DNA of 63,877 nt from an uncultured Alphaproteobacteria bacterium (GTDB lineage: Bacteria > Pseudomonadota > Alphaproteobacteria > CAAHEQ01 > UBA3637), in the NCBI GenBank assembly GCA_937888725.1, contig CALARE010000092.1, positions 1 to 63,877 on the forward strand. Reading direction: 5' to 3'. Both the position numbers and the translations under genes were made by a program. Shown piece after piece: positions 8,623 through 17,988 of the stretch (its first letter is position 1; each line of letters starts with the position of its first letter). The notes beneath the pieces are model-generated. The model saw only the letters and a program-made list of their open reading frames with translations. It did no database searches and was not told the DNA's origin.

Positions 8623-9609
8623 ATGCGTACAATTAATCAAATTTTTATCGCTAATTCAGTTTACGCATTTTTTCTTTATTGTATGAAGTTTATTAAAGAG
8701 GTTGATAGTACATTGTTTGTATTGGGACCTTCTTGTGCTTTTGCTGAAGTTTCGCATTTTTTGCCAGTTGTTGCACCAGATGATAAAAAAGATTTGGATG
8801 CGTATAAAGAACTGATTAAGCGACAGGTTTTTTTCTTATTATCTGGGCGAAAAGTGCCTTGTTATGGCAATGTAGAAACGATATATTCTCAGTTTTTTAT
8901 TGAGACGTTTGATTTTTATCCGATGACTGATGGGTTGCGTGATACGGTAACATTTCCCATGTATTTGAAAAATAATTTGTTTAAAAAATGTTATACTGTT
9001 AGGTATTCAGGTGGTTTGGATTTGGTTCATCCACAGTTGGAATATATGGATATTAAACAGTTGTGGGAAGATTTGACAGTTGATGAGAAAAATAAAATAG
9101 CACGCATTTTTCTGTTGGAAAAGACGGCTTTTTTTGATTTGCAAAAAAAGAAAAAGATTCTAATTACACAACCCTTATTTGAAGATGGAATTTGTTCATT
9201 AGAAGACAAAATTAAAATTTATAAACAGATTTTATCTAATTATAATTTAAATGAAATTGTTATTAAACCACATCCTCGTGAGTCCACAAATTGGAAAGAA
9301 ATTTTTCCAGATGTGTCTGTTATGCCTCATCATATTCCATCTGAGGTTATTCCAATGATTGTTCCTGATTTGGATAAAGTGATTACTTTCTTTTCAACGG
9401 CAGCTTTTAATATGTTGAAACCTGAACAAATTGATTTTTATGCAAAAGATTTTAAACAGTTGCGTTATTATAAAACGGCCCCATATAAAGACAATGGTGT
9501 CCAATATAAACCAATTGCCTCTTTTGATGTAGAGGAAAAGTATAAGGTCTATGCGTTTAATTGGAAAAAAATTCCAGATGAAGATGGGTATTTTTATTCA
9601 AAAGATTAG
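8623..9609 (+). CDS. GT52-like glycosyltransferase (sialyltransferase family, Lst-like)
   Basis: The pattern resembles Neisseria Lst as I recall it: N-terminal IFIANSVYAFFLY, HP motif IKPHPRE, IPSEVIP, and ITFFSTAAFNM. Confidence 0.55.
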   Translation: MRTINQIFIANSVYAFFLYCMKFIKEVDSTLFVLGPSCAFAEVSHFLPVVAPDDKKDLDAYKELIKRQVFFLLSGRKVPCYGNVETIYSQFFIETFDFYPMTDGLRDTVTFPMYLKNNLFKKCYTVRYSGGLDLVHPQLEYMDIKQLWEDLTVDEKNKIARIFLLEKTAFFDLQKKKKILITQPLFEDGICSLEDKIKIYKQILSNYNLNEIVIKPHPRESTNWKEIFPDVSVMPHHIPSEVIPMIVPDLDKVITFFSTAAFNMLKPEQIDFYAKDFKQLRYYKTAPYKDNGVQYKPIASFDVEEKYKVYAFNWKKIPDEDGYFYSKD

Positions 9610-10124
9610 CTTTTGTTTTCTAAACGAGCTAATCCTAGTTGATAAACCATATCTCTGAGTGTGTCATCTTCAATGGAGGCTACTTTTGCTTTTAGTTCAT
9701 TGACTTGTTGTTCTGTAACGAATTTTTTGGGTGTAACAGGCGGTGGCATTTTAAAAGAAACTTTCCCTTGTGAAATTTTAATTTTCCCAACAGCAGGATA
9801 ACCAAAGAAAAAGTTAATTCGTTCAATAACTTTATGCTTTTGATGCTCAAATAAAATAGCAAATGCACCACCCGCACTTTTAACATGTAAAGTACCATTT
9901 ATGCGATTGTCTTTTTCAAATGTTAATTTTTCAGGTCTGATTCCTTTTGCTAAATGTTCACCAACAATATCGTCCCAATATGATAAAACATCAGTTCCAG
10001 CAAAGCCACGTTGCCCTAGAATGGGTTGGGTTATATTCTTTATTTCCATTGTTAAGCGTTCAAGACCTTCAAATGTTCTGCGTCTTTCTGCTGGTGGATT
10101 TTGTTTTGTATTTTGATTATTCAT
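9606..10124 (-). CDS. DUF721 (DciA-like) protein
   Basis: LGQRGFAGTDVLSYWDDIVGEHLA...GTLHV...AFAILFEHQKHKVIERIN follows the DUF721 pattern; 172 aa. Confidence 0.6.
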   Translation of the reverse strand: MNNQNTKQNPPAERRRTFEGLERLTMEIKNITQPILGQRGFAGTDVLSYWDDIVGEHLAKGIRPEKLTFEKDNRINGTLHVKSAGGAFAILFEHQKHKVIERINFFFGYPAVGKIKISQGKVSFKMPPPVTPKKFVTEQQVNELKAKVASIEDDTLRDMVYQLGLARLENKS

Positions 10125-10126
10125 TT

Positions 10127-11272
<1,146 letters not shown>

Positions 11273-11315
11273 TTATAATTTTTGTATATTCTAACATACT
11301 GGAGATAAAAATTCA

Positions 11316-12068
11316 ATGAAAAAAGAAACGAAAAAGGCTGGTATCCTTGCACAAGCTTGGGGGTTTGGGTTGGCTATTTTGTTGGCACTTGCTATTAGAA
11401 CATTTGCTTATGAGCCGTACAATATTCCTTCTGGATCAATGTTCCCAACTTTGTTGGTTGGTGATCATTTATTTATTAGTAAATATTCGTATGGATATTC
11501 TAGACATTCATTCCCTTATTCATTGCCTTTGATTCCAAAGGGACGTATTTTTGAAAAAACGCCAAAGTTGGGTGATGTTGTCGTTTTTCGTGTAACGCCT
11601 AAGATTATGCCATCTTTATTAAGTTCTGTTGATTATATTAAGCGTGTGGTTGGATTGCCTGGTGATACTGTTCAGATGAAACAAGGTCGTCTTTATATTA
11701 ATGGGAAAATGGTTGAAAGAAAATATTTAAATCAAGAACAAGTTGAAATTGAAGGGAATAAGGTTCTCTATACAAAATATGAGGAAACACTCCCGAATGG
11801 TGTTAAACATCTTATTTATGAAATTGATGATATGATGAAATCTGATGATACGCCTTTAATTACAGTTCCTGAGGGGTATTTCTTTGCTATGGGAGATAAT
11901 CGGGATAATTCCTATGATAGTCGTTTTTTTAATCCTGTCCCATTGACACATTTAGAAGGGCGTGCTGAAATGATATTTTATTCCAATAATGGGAAAGGGT
12001 ATTTTTTCCAATTTTGGAAATGGCCTGTATTTGTGCGGATAGAACGATTATTTCGTAAAATTATTTAG
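11316..12068 (+). CDS. lepB: Signal peptidase I
   Basis: SGSMFPTL (catalytic Ser), YIKRVVGLPGD (Lys), GDNRDNSYDSR. Confidence 0.95.
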   Translation: MKKETKKAGILAQAWGFGLAILLALAIRTFAYEPYNIPSGSMFPTLLVGDHLFISKYSYGYSRHSFPYSLPLIPKGRIFEKTPKLGDVVVFRVTPKIMPSLLSSVDYIKRVVGLPGDTVQMKQGRLYINGKMVERKYLNQEQVEIEGNKVLYTKYEETLPNGVKHLIYEIDDMMKSDDTPLITVPEGYFFAMGDNRDNSYDSRFFNPVPLTHLEGRAEMIFYSNNGKGYFFQFWKWPVFVRIERLFRKII

Positions 12069-12078
12069 GTGATAAATA

Positions 12079-12744
12079 ATGCAGGAAGTTCAAAACATTT
12101 TAAATGAAATACGTTCAAGTAAAAATTTTAAGAAAGCTGTTACACTGGCAATTGGTGGCAAGGTAGCTGCTTATGAGCGTTTGGAATTTTTAGGTGATCG
12201 CGTTTTGGGGCTTGTTATCGCTGATTTGCTTTATCAAACTTTTCCTTTTGAAAAAGAGGGGGATTGGGCTATTCGTTTTACATCATTGGTAAAAGAGCAT
12301 ACATTAGCTGAGGTTTCAAAAAAAATAGCCATTGATAAAGAATTGGTTACCAATGAAGACAAGCTAAGACAAAATGAATCGATTTTAGCAGATGTGTGTG
12401 AGGCTATATTAGGTGTTATTTATTTGGAAAAGGGGTTGGAAGCGGTTAAAAGGTTTGTTCTTCCTTTATGGTCACCATATTTAAATGAAAAAGTAATGTC
12501 TGTGAAAGATTTTAAAACACAATTACAAGAATGGAGCCAAAAAAACAAAGGGGTTATTCCAGAATATCGTGTGTTGTCTAAAACTGGCCCTGAACACGAA
12601 CCTTGTTTTGAGGTGGAAGTATCTGTTCCTGATGTTGGCAGTGCTGTTGCGAAGGGATCCTCAAAAAAAGAGGCTATGGTATTAGCTGCAAAAGAATTAC
12701 TTTTAAAATGTCCTATGGGTAAGAAAAAAAAGAGAAAGAGATGA
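12079..12744 (+). CDS. rnc: Ribonuclease III
   Basis: ERLEFLGDRVLG signature, EAILGVIYLE, C-terminal dsRBD (KTQLQEW...GSSKKEAMVLAAKELL). Confidence 0.95.
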   Translation: MQEVQNILNEIRSSKNFKKAVTLAIGGKVAAYERLEFLGDRVLGLVIADLLYQTFPFEKEGDWAIRFTSLVKEHTLAEVSKKIAIDKELVTNEDKLRQNESILADVCEAILGVIYLEKGLEAVKRFVLPLWSPYLNEKVMSVKDFKTQLQEWSQKNKGVIPEYRVLSKTGPEHEPCFEVEVSVPDVGSAVAKGSSKKEAMVLAAKELLLKCPMGKKKKRKR

Positions 12745-13643
12745 TGGAAATAAATAAAATGAAATTTTGTTTTGTGGCTATATTAGGGGCTCCTAATGCA
12801 GGAAAATCCACATTAGTTAATCGGTTAATTGGTTCAAAGATAAGTATTGTTTCGCCAAAGGTTCAAACAACAAGGTCTAGAATTAGAGGGATTTTGGTTG
12901 AAGATAATACGCAACTCGTTTTGGTTGATACACCTGGTATTTTTACAGCTTCTCAACGATTTGAGCGTGCTATGGTTGCCTCTGCTTGGACAGAATCGGA
13001 TGAGGCGGATCAACGCTTATTGTTAATTGATGCTCAAAAAGGGATTGATAAAAATACAAGATCTATTATAACGCGATTGCAATCAGAGAAAAAAAAGGTT
13101 GTTTTGGTGTTGAATAAAATTGATTTATTACCAAAAGCAAAGTTGCTCCCATTAATTGAGGAGTTAAATGGGATGAAGATTTTTACTGATACATTTATGA
13201 TATCAGCTAAAACAGGGGAACAAGTGGATGAATTGAAACAATTTTTAATTCAAAAAGCACCCAAGGGTGTTTGGATGTTTCCTGAGGATCAATTAACAGA
13301 TTTACCAAATCGTTTGTTTGCGGCAGAAGTAACACGAGAAAAACTTTTTTTAATGTTGCAAAAAGAGCTTCCTTACACGTTGTCGGTTGAAACAACTTCT
13401 TTTAAAGAAACGAATACATCTATTCGGATTGAGCAAACAATTTATGTTGAACGAGAAGGATTAAAACCAATTATTTTGGGTAAAAATGGGCAAATGATTA
13501 AAAAAATTGGTGCCTCGGCAAGACAGGAATTAACACGTCTTTTTGAAAAAGAGGTTCATCTTTTCTTGTTTGTTAAGGTAAAAGAAAATTGGCGACAAGA
13601 TCCGACACAATATAAGGATTGGGGATTGGATTTTAATGCCTGA
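12741..13643 (+). CDS. era: GTPase Era
   Basis: GAPNAGKST, DTPG, NKID, C-terminal KH domain; ATGA overlap with the rnc stop. Confidence 0.95.
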   Translation: MMEINKMKFCFVAILGAPNAGKSTLVNRLIGSKISIVSPKVQTTRSRIRGILVEDNTQLVLVDTPGIFTASQRFERAMVASAWTESDEADQRLLLIDAQKGIDKNTRSIITRLQSEKKKVVLVLNKIDLLPKAKLLPLIEELNGMKIFTDTFMISAKTGEQVDELKQFLIQKAPKGVWMFPEDQLTDLPNRLFAAEVTREKLFLMLQKELPYTLSVETTSFKETNTSIRIEQTIYVEREGLKPIILGKNGQMIKKIGASARQELTRLFEKEVHLFLFVKVKENWRQDPTQYKDWGLDFNA

Positions 13644-14313
13644 TTTTTATGCTGAAAATGCACTTGTTTTATCAAGTAGACTATTGGGAGATAAAAAGTT
13701 TATTGTTAGTCTTTTTACAAAAGAAAAAGGGCGACATTTGGGCGTGGTTAAAAAAAAATCACCACCCATGACGGCTTCATTTTTAACAGTGCGTTGGCAA
13801 GCAAGATTACAAGAACAATTGGGCGTTTTTTATATTGAAGATGAAAAGTCATCTAATCTTGCTTTTTTGGAAGATTCAAAAAGACTTAATGCCTTATCTT
13901 CTCTTTGCTATTTATTAGATGTGTTATTGCCTGAAAGGGAAATCTATCAACAGCTTTTTGATGAAACCATGGATTTTTTGTCACATCTTGATGAGAATGA
14001 TTTTCAACAACGATATATTGTATGGGAAATAGCATTACTTGAAGCTCTTGGTTTTGGGCTTGATTTGACAAAATGTGCTGGTGGCGGTGATTCAAATGAT
14101 TTGGCATATGTGTCACCAAAAAGCGGTCGGGCAGTTTCACGCCAAATGGGGTTGCCCTATCAAGATAAATTGTTACCATTGCCTCCTTTTTTGGTAAAAA
14201 ATATTCCAGTTGAAGAAAAAATGATTTTCCAAGGGTTAAATTTAACAGGATACTTTTTATTGCACTATGCAGGGTTGAAGAATTTGCCAGTTTTACGCTC
14301 GGGGATTGTTTAG
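13636..14313 (+). CDS. recO: DNA repair protein RecO
   Basis: Conserved rnc-era-recO order, ~225 aa, OB-like N-terminus. The sequence motifs are weak. Confidence 0.7.
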   Translation: MPDFYAENALVLSSRLLGDKKFIVSLFTKEKGRHLGVVKKKSPPMTASFLTVRWQARLQEQLGVFYIEDEKSSNLAFLEDSKRLNALSSLCYLLDVLLPEREIYQQLFDETMDFLSHLDENDFQQRYIVWEIALLEALGFGLDLTKCAGGGDSNDLAYVSPKSGRAVSRQMGLPYQDKLLPLPPFLVKNIPVEEKMIFQGLNLTGYFLLHYAGLKNLPVLRSGIV

Positions 14314-14480
14314 TTTTTTTTGTATAAAAAATTAAAAAAATAAGATAAAGATATCTTGACGAGAATGTTGAATTATGCTAGGGTGAAACTTGAAATAAAG
14401 TTAAAAAGTGTTGAATGTCAAAATGAATTGATTTTTTGAGCACTTTTTTGTGTTAAGTGAATATTTAAAAGGAGCTTTTT

Positions 14481-14903
14481 ATGGCAATTGAAAGAACATT
14501 TTCAATGATTAAACCTGATGCAACTGCTCGTAATTTAACAGGTGCAATTAATGCTAAGATTGAGGAGGCTGGTCTTCGTATCGTTGGGCAAAAACGTGTT
14601 TGGATGACAAGAAAGCAAGCTGAAACATTTTATGCAGAACATAATGGTCGTCCATTTTTTGAAGAATTGGTTGAATTTATGAGTTCGGCACCAATTGTAG
14701 TTCAAGTTTTAGAAGGTGAAGACGCGATTGTTAAATATCGTACAGTAATGGGTAAAACAGACCCAGCAGAGGCTGACGCAGGAACAATTAGAGCTTTGTT
14801 TGCAGAAAGTAAAGGTCGCAATTCTGTTCATGGTTCAGATAGCCCAGCTTCTGCTCAAAGAGAAATTGCTCAATGGTTTAGTGCAAACGAAATTGTTGGC
14901 TAA
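14481..14903 (+). CDS. ndk: Nucleoside diphosphate kinase
   Basis: [10 protein letters not shown] and NSVHGSDS (catalytic His); 140 aa. Confidence 0.97.
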   Translation: MAIERTFSMIKPDATARNLTGAINAKIEEAGLRIVGQKRVWMTRKQAETFYAEHNGRPFFEELVEFMSSAPIVVQVLEGEDAIVKYRTVMGKTDPAEADAGTIRALFAESKGRNSVHGSDSPASAQREIAQWFSANEIVG

Positions 14904-14919
14904 TTTTTTGAGGTGAATT

Positions 14920-14959
14920 AAAAAAGCTGGGTGAGCGAAAGCTAGGCTCGGCTTTTTTT
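14920..14959 (+). terminator. Intrinsic terminator after ndk
   Basis: AAAAAAGCTGGGTGAGC-GAAA-GCTAGGCTCGGCTTTTTTT. The stem is imperfect, with G-U pairs and a GNRA loop, and is followed by T7. Confidence 0.5.
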
Positions 14960-14978
14960 AGTAATAAAGAGGATCTTG

Positions 14979-15911
14979 ATGCAAGAAAAGAAACATATAC
15001 CTGTTTTACTAAATGAGGTGTTGACTTATTTAAATTGCACTCAAAAAGGATGTTATATTGATGGTACTTTTGGTGCGGGAGGTTATACTTCGGCAATTTT
15101 AACATCTTGTGATTTAAATAAAGTCATTTCGTTTGATCGAGATCCTGATACAATAAAAACAGCTAAAGAAATAACTTCTCTATATAAAAATCGCTTCACT
15201 TTTATTCACGATTGTTTTGGAAATATGGCACAACACATTAAAGAACCTGTTGATGGAATTGTGTTGGATTTGGGTGTTTCGTCAATGCAAATTGACGAAA
15301 AAGAACGTGGTTTTTCATTTCGGTTTGATGGTCCTTTGGATATGCGTATGGGGCAAAAGGGGTTGTCAGCTCGTGAAGTTGTTAATGAATTTGATGAGAA
15401 AAAATTAGCAGATATTTTATTTACTTATGGCGAGGAAAGGGCATCACGTCGTATCGCTTCTCATATTGTTAAAGCTCGACAGAAAAAAGAAATTAATACA
15501 ACTGGTGAGTTGGCCGAACTTATTCACCAAGTCATGCCGAAACCTAAAGATGGATCTGATAGTGCAATGCGTTCTTTTCAAGCGTTACGTATTTTTGTTA
15601 ATGATGAATTAGGTGAACTTGAAAGAGCTCTTGAGGCTTCAAAGCATTTGTTAAAAGTGGGGGGGCGATTGGTTGTTGTAACATTTCATTCTTTAGAAGA
15701 TAGAATTGTTAAAAATTTTATGATTAAAAATTCAAGTTTAAAGCCGAATTTAAATAGACATGAAATGCCTGTTTTTTTTGAAAATGAAAAGAATCTATTT
15801 CAAGTTTTAACCAAAAAAGCAGTTACACCAACGCAAGAAGAATTGCAATTTAATTCTCGTTCGCATTCTGCAAAATTGCGTGCAGCGATTAAATTGGATA
15901 ATGAGGTTTAA
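14979..15911 (+). CDS. rsmH: 16S rRNA (cytosine1402-N4)-methyltransferase
   Basis: HIPVLLNEV, DGTFGAGGY, DLGVSS, FHSLEDR. ATG 14979 is preferred over TTG 14976 because the AAAGAGGA RBS is 5 nt upstream. Confidence 0.93.
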   Translation: MQEKKHIPVLLNEVLTYLNCTQKGCYIDGTFGAGGYTSAILTSCDLNKVISFDRDPDTIKTAKEITSLYKNRFTFIHDCFGNMAQHIKEPVDGIVLDLGVSSMQIDEKERGFSFRFDGPLDMRMGQKGLSAREVVNEFDEKKLADILFTYGEERASRRIASHIVKARQKKEINTTGELAELIHQVMPKPKDGSDSAMRSFQALRIFVNDELGELERALEASKHLLKVGGRLVVVTFHSLEDRIVKNFMIKNSSLKPNLNRHEMPVFFENEKNLFQVLTKKAVTPTQEELQFNSRSHSAKLRAAIKLDNEV

Positions 15912-15912
15912 T

Positions 15913-16239
15913 ATGCGAAAGTTTATTATAAATACAATTTTTTTGTTGGTAGCTGTTTTATCTGGGATAAGTTTATTTGTATTGAAATATCAGGTGAAAG
16001 AAAAGGAAACAGAATTACGCCATATACATTTAGATATTTTAAAAACAAAAAGAGAATTGCATATGCTTGAGGCTGAGTGGGCACATTTAAATGATCCAAA
16101 ACGTTTAAAAGCGTTGGTGACTTCTCAAACAAATTGGGAGGTTATAACATCAGAACAATTAATTGAATTAGAAGATTTGCCCTTAAAAGCTGAAGAAACA
16201 AATGAGGGACAGAGTTTACCTGTTAAAAAAGGAGAATAA
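15913..16239 (+). CDS. ftsL: Cell division protein FtsL
   Basis: Single TM helix (IFLLVAVLSGISLFVL) plus a coiled-coil segment, between rsmH and ftsI. ATG 15913 follows the rsmH stop directly. Confidence 0.7.
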   Translation: MRKFIINTIFLLVAVLSGISLFVLKYQVKEKETELRHIHLDILKTKRELHMLEAEWAHLNDPKRLKALVTSQTNWEVITSEQLIELEDLPLKAEETNEGQSLPVKKGE

Positions 16240-16242
16240 TCG

Positions 16243-17985
16243 GTGTTTAAACGAAAAAAAGAAACGTTTTATTATGCAGGCTATGAAGTGCCTGCTTTGA
16301 CACCAATGGATAGATATAAGTGCTTAGATGATGCAACCAAGGGCGTGCTTAAAAAAGCAAGTGTGCGTATAGGTGTGATTATGGTTGTTTTTTTTCTTTG
16401 TTTTGCATCAATTATCGGACGCTTGTTTTATTTGACAGTTTTATCCTATCAATCAAGAACTTTTACACCTTCTGTTTTAAAAACGGATTTAAATATTATT
16501 AGACATAATATTGTTGATAGAAATGGTATGATTTTGGCAACCAGTGTCCCAACAAAGGATTTATCGATTAATCCCAAAATGGTAAAACAAAAAGACAAGT
16601 TAATTGTGGCTGAAAATTTATCAAAAGTTTTGCCCGACGTCACAAAAGAAGATGTTTTGAAAAAAATAGAAATGGGCGGTTCCTTTCGCTATATTAAGCG
16701 AAATATTACACCTATTGAGCAAAAAGATATTAATTGGTTGGGGTATTACTTTTTAATGGAAACAGATGGAGAAAAACGTGTTTATCCTCAAAGCTCATTA
16801 TTTTCTCATTTGCTTGGAAGTGTTGATATTGATAATAAAGGAACAGCTGGAATTGAAAAAGCATATGAACCAATTTTAGCAGAAAAAAATTTGGTATTGT
16901 CTTTGGATATTTCTGTTCAAGATATTGTACATAGAACGCTTGAAAAAAACATTCAAAAGTATAAAGCAAGTGGTGGAACAAGTATCGTTATGGATGTCCA
17001 CACAGGTGAAGTTCTTGCCAGTGTTTCTTTGCCAGATTATAATCCGAATTTACCTTTGCCAGCTGATGAGGATGTACGGTTTAATAAAGCAACATTAGGT
17101 GCCTATGAGTTTGGTTCTGTTTTTAAGTTGTTTAATACAGCTATGGCATTAGAAGCTGGGGTTATTCGCCCCTATGATGTTTTTGATGCTTCAAAACCGA
17201 TGAAAATTGGTCGAAAAACATTTGAAGATTATCGCGGGCAAAATCGCCCCTTGATGGTGCCTGAAATTTTAATTCATTCTTCAAATATTGGTTCAATTAA
17301 AATAGCATTGAAATCTGGGTGGCAACGACAAAAAGATTTTTTGGGTCGATTCGGTTTTTATAACCCGTTACCAATTAAATTGCCTGAGCGTACAAGAACG
17401 CAATATCCAAGAGCAAAAAAATGGGCTGAGATTACTTCTGCAAACGTGTCTTTTGGATATGGGATTTCAATTTCACCGTTACATTTAATTTCTGCCGTAA
17501 GTGCGTTGGTTAATGGTGGGTATTATCGTGTACCAACATTTATAAAAGATGGGAATAAAGGGCGTCCCGAATACCAAGTCATATCAAAAAAAGTATCAGA
17601 TCAGATGCGACATATGATGTGGGGTGTTATTAATTGGAATTTAAAGGAAAATGATCCTATTCGAGCGTACGCAGTTGGTGGAAAAACAGGTTCTGCTAAT
17701 TTGCTTAAAAATGGTAAATATGTGCAAGGATCACTTAGAACAACATTTGTTTGTGCTTTCCCTATGAATGATCCAAAGTATGCTGTGTTAGTTGTTCTTG
17801 AAAATCCTCAGAGAATAAAAGAAACTTTTAATTTTAATACGGCTGGTTGGAATGCAAAACCAACAGGGTTACAAATTGTATCTGAAATTGCACCTTATTT
17901 AGGGGTTTTAGCACAAGGCGAATGGGAGCAACCAAGTTATATGACAAGAGCGATTGAAACATCATTGAAAGAAAAGAAAAGGTAA
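16243..17985 (+). CDS. ftsI: Peptidoglycan D,D-transpeptidase FtsI (PBP3)
   Basis: SxxK (GSVFK), SSN, KTGS motifs and an N-terminal TM helix. GTG start lies 7 nt after GGAGA. Confidence 0.9.
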   Translation: MFKRKKETFYYAGYEVPALTPMDRYKCLDDATKGVLKKASVRIGVIMVVFFLCFASIIGRLFYLTVLSYQSRTFTPSVLKTDLNIIRHNIVDRNGMILATSVPTKDLSINPKMVKQKDKLIVAENLSKVLPDVTKEDVLKKIEMGGSFRYIKRNITPIEQKDINWLGYYFLMETDGEKRVYPQSSLFSHLLGSVDIDNKGTAGIEKAYEPILAEKNLVLSLDISVQDIVHRTLEKNIQKYKASGGTSIVMDVHTGEVLASVSLPDYNPNLPLPADEDVRFNKATLGAYEFGSVFKLFNTAMALEAGVIRPYDVFDASKPMKIGRKTFEDYRGQNRPLMVPEILIHSSNIGSIKIALKSGWQRQKDFLGRFGFYNPLPIKLPERTRTQYPRAKKWAEITSANVSFGYGISISPLHLISAVSALVNGGYYRVPTFIKDGNKGRPEYQVISKKVSDQMRHMMWGVINWNLKENDPIRAYAVGGKTGSANLLKNGKYVQGSLRTTFVCAFPMNDPKYAVLVVLENPQRIKETFNFNTAGWNAKPTGLQIVSEIAPYLGVLAQGEWEQPSYMTRAIETSLKEKKR

Positions 17986-17988
17986 AAT

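Noticed and set aside
14357-14385. TTGACG ... TATGCT promoter upstream of ndk
   Set aside because: The spacer is only 12 nt. No alternative -10 at 16-18 nt is convincing, so it is not reported as a feature.
15880-15912. Longer ftsL start overlapping rsmH
   Set aside because: ATG 15913 begins right after the rsmH stop and just ahead of the TM helix. The upstream 11 codons overlap rsmH with no support.
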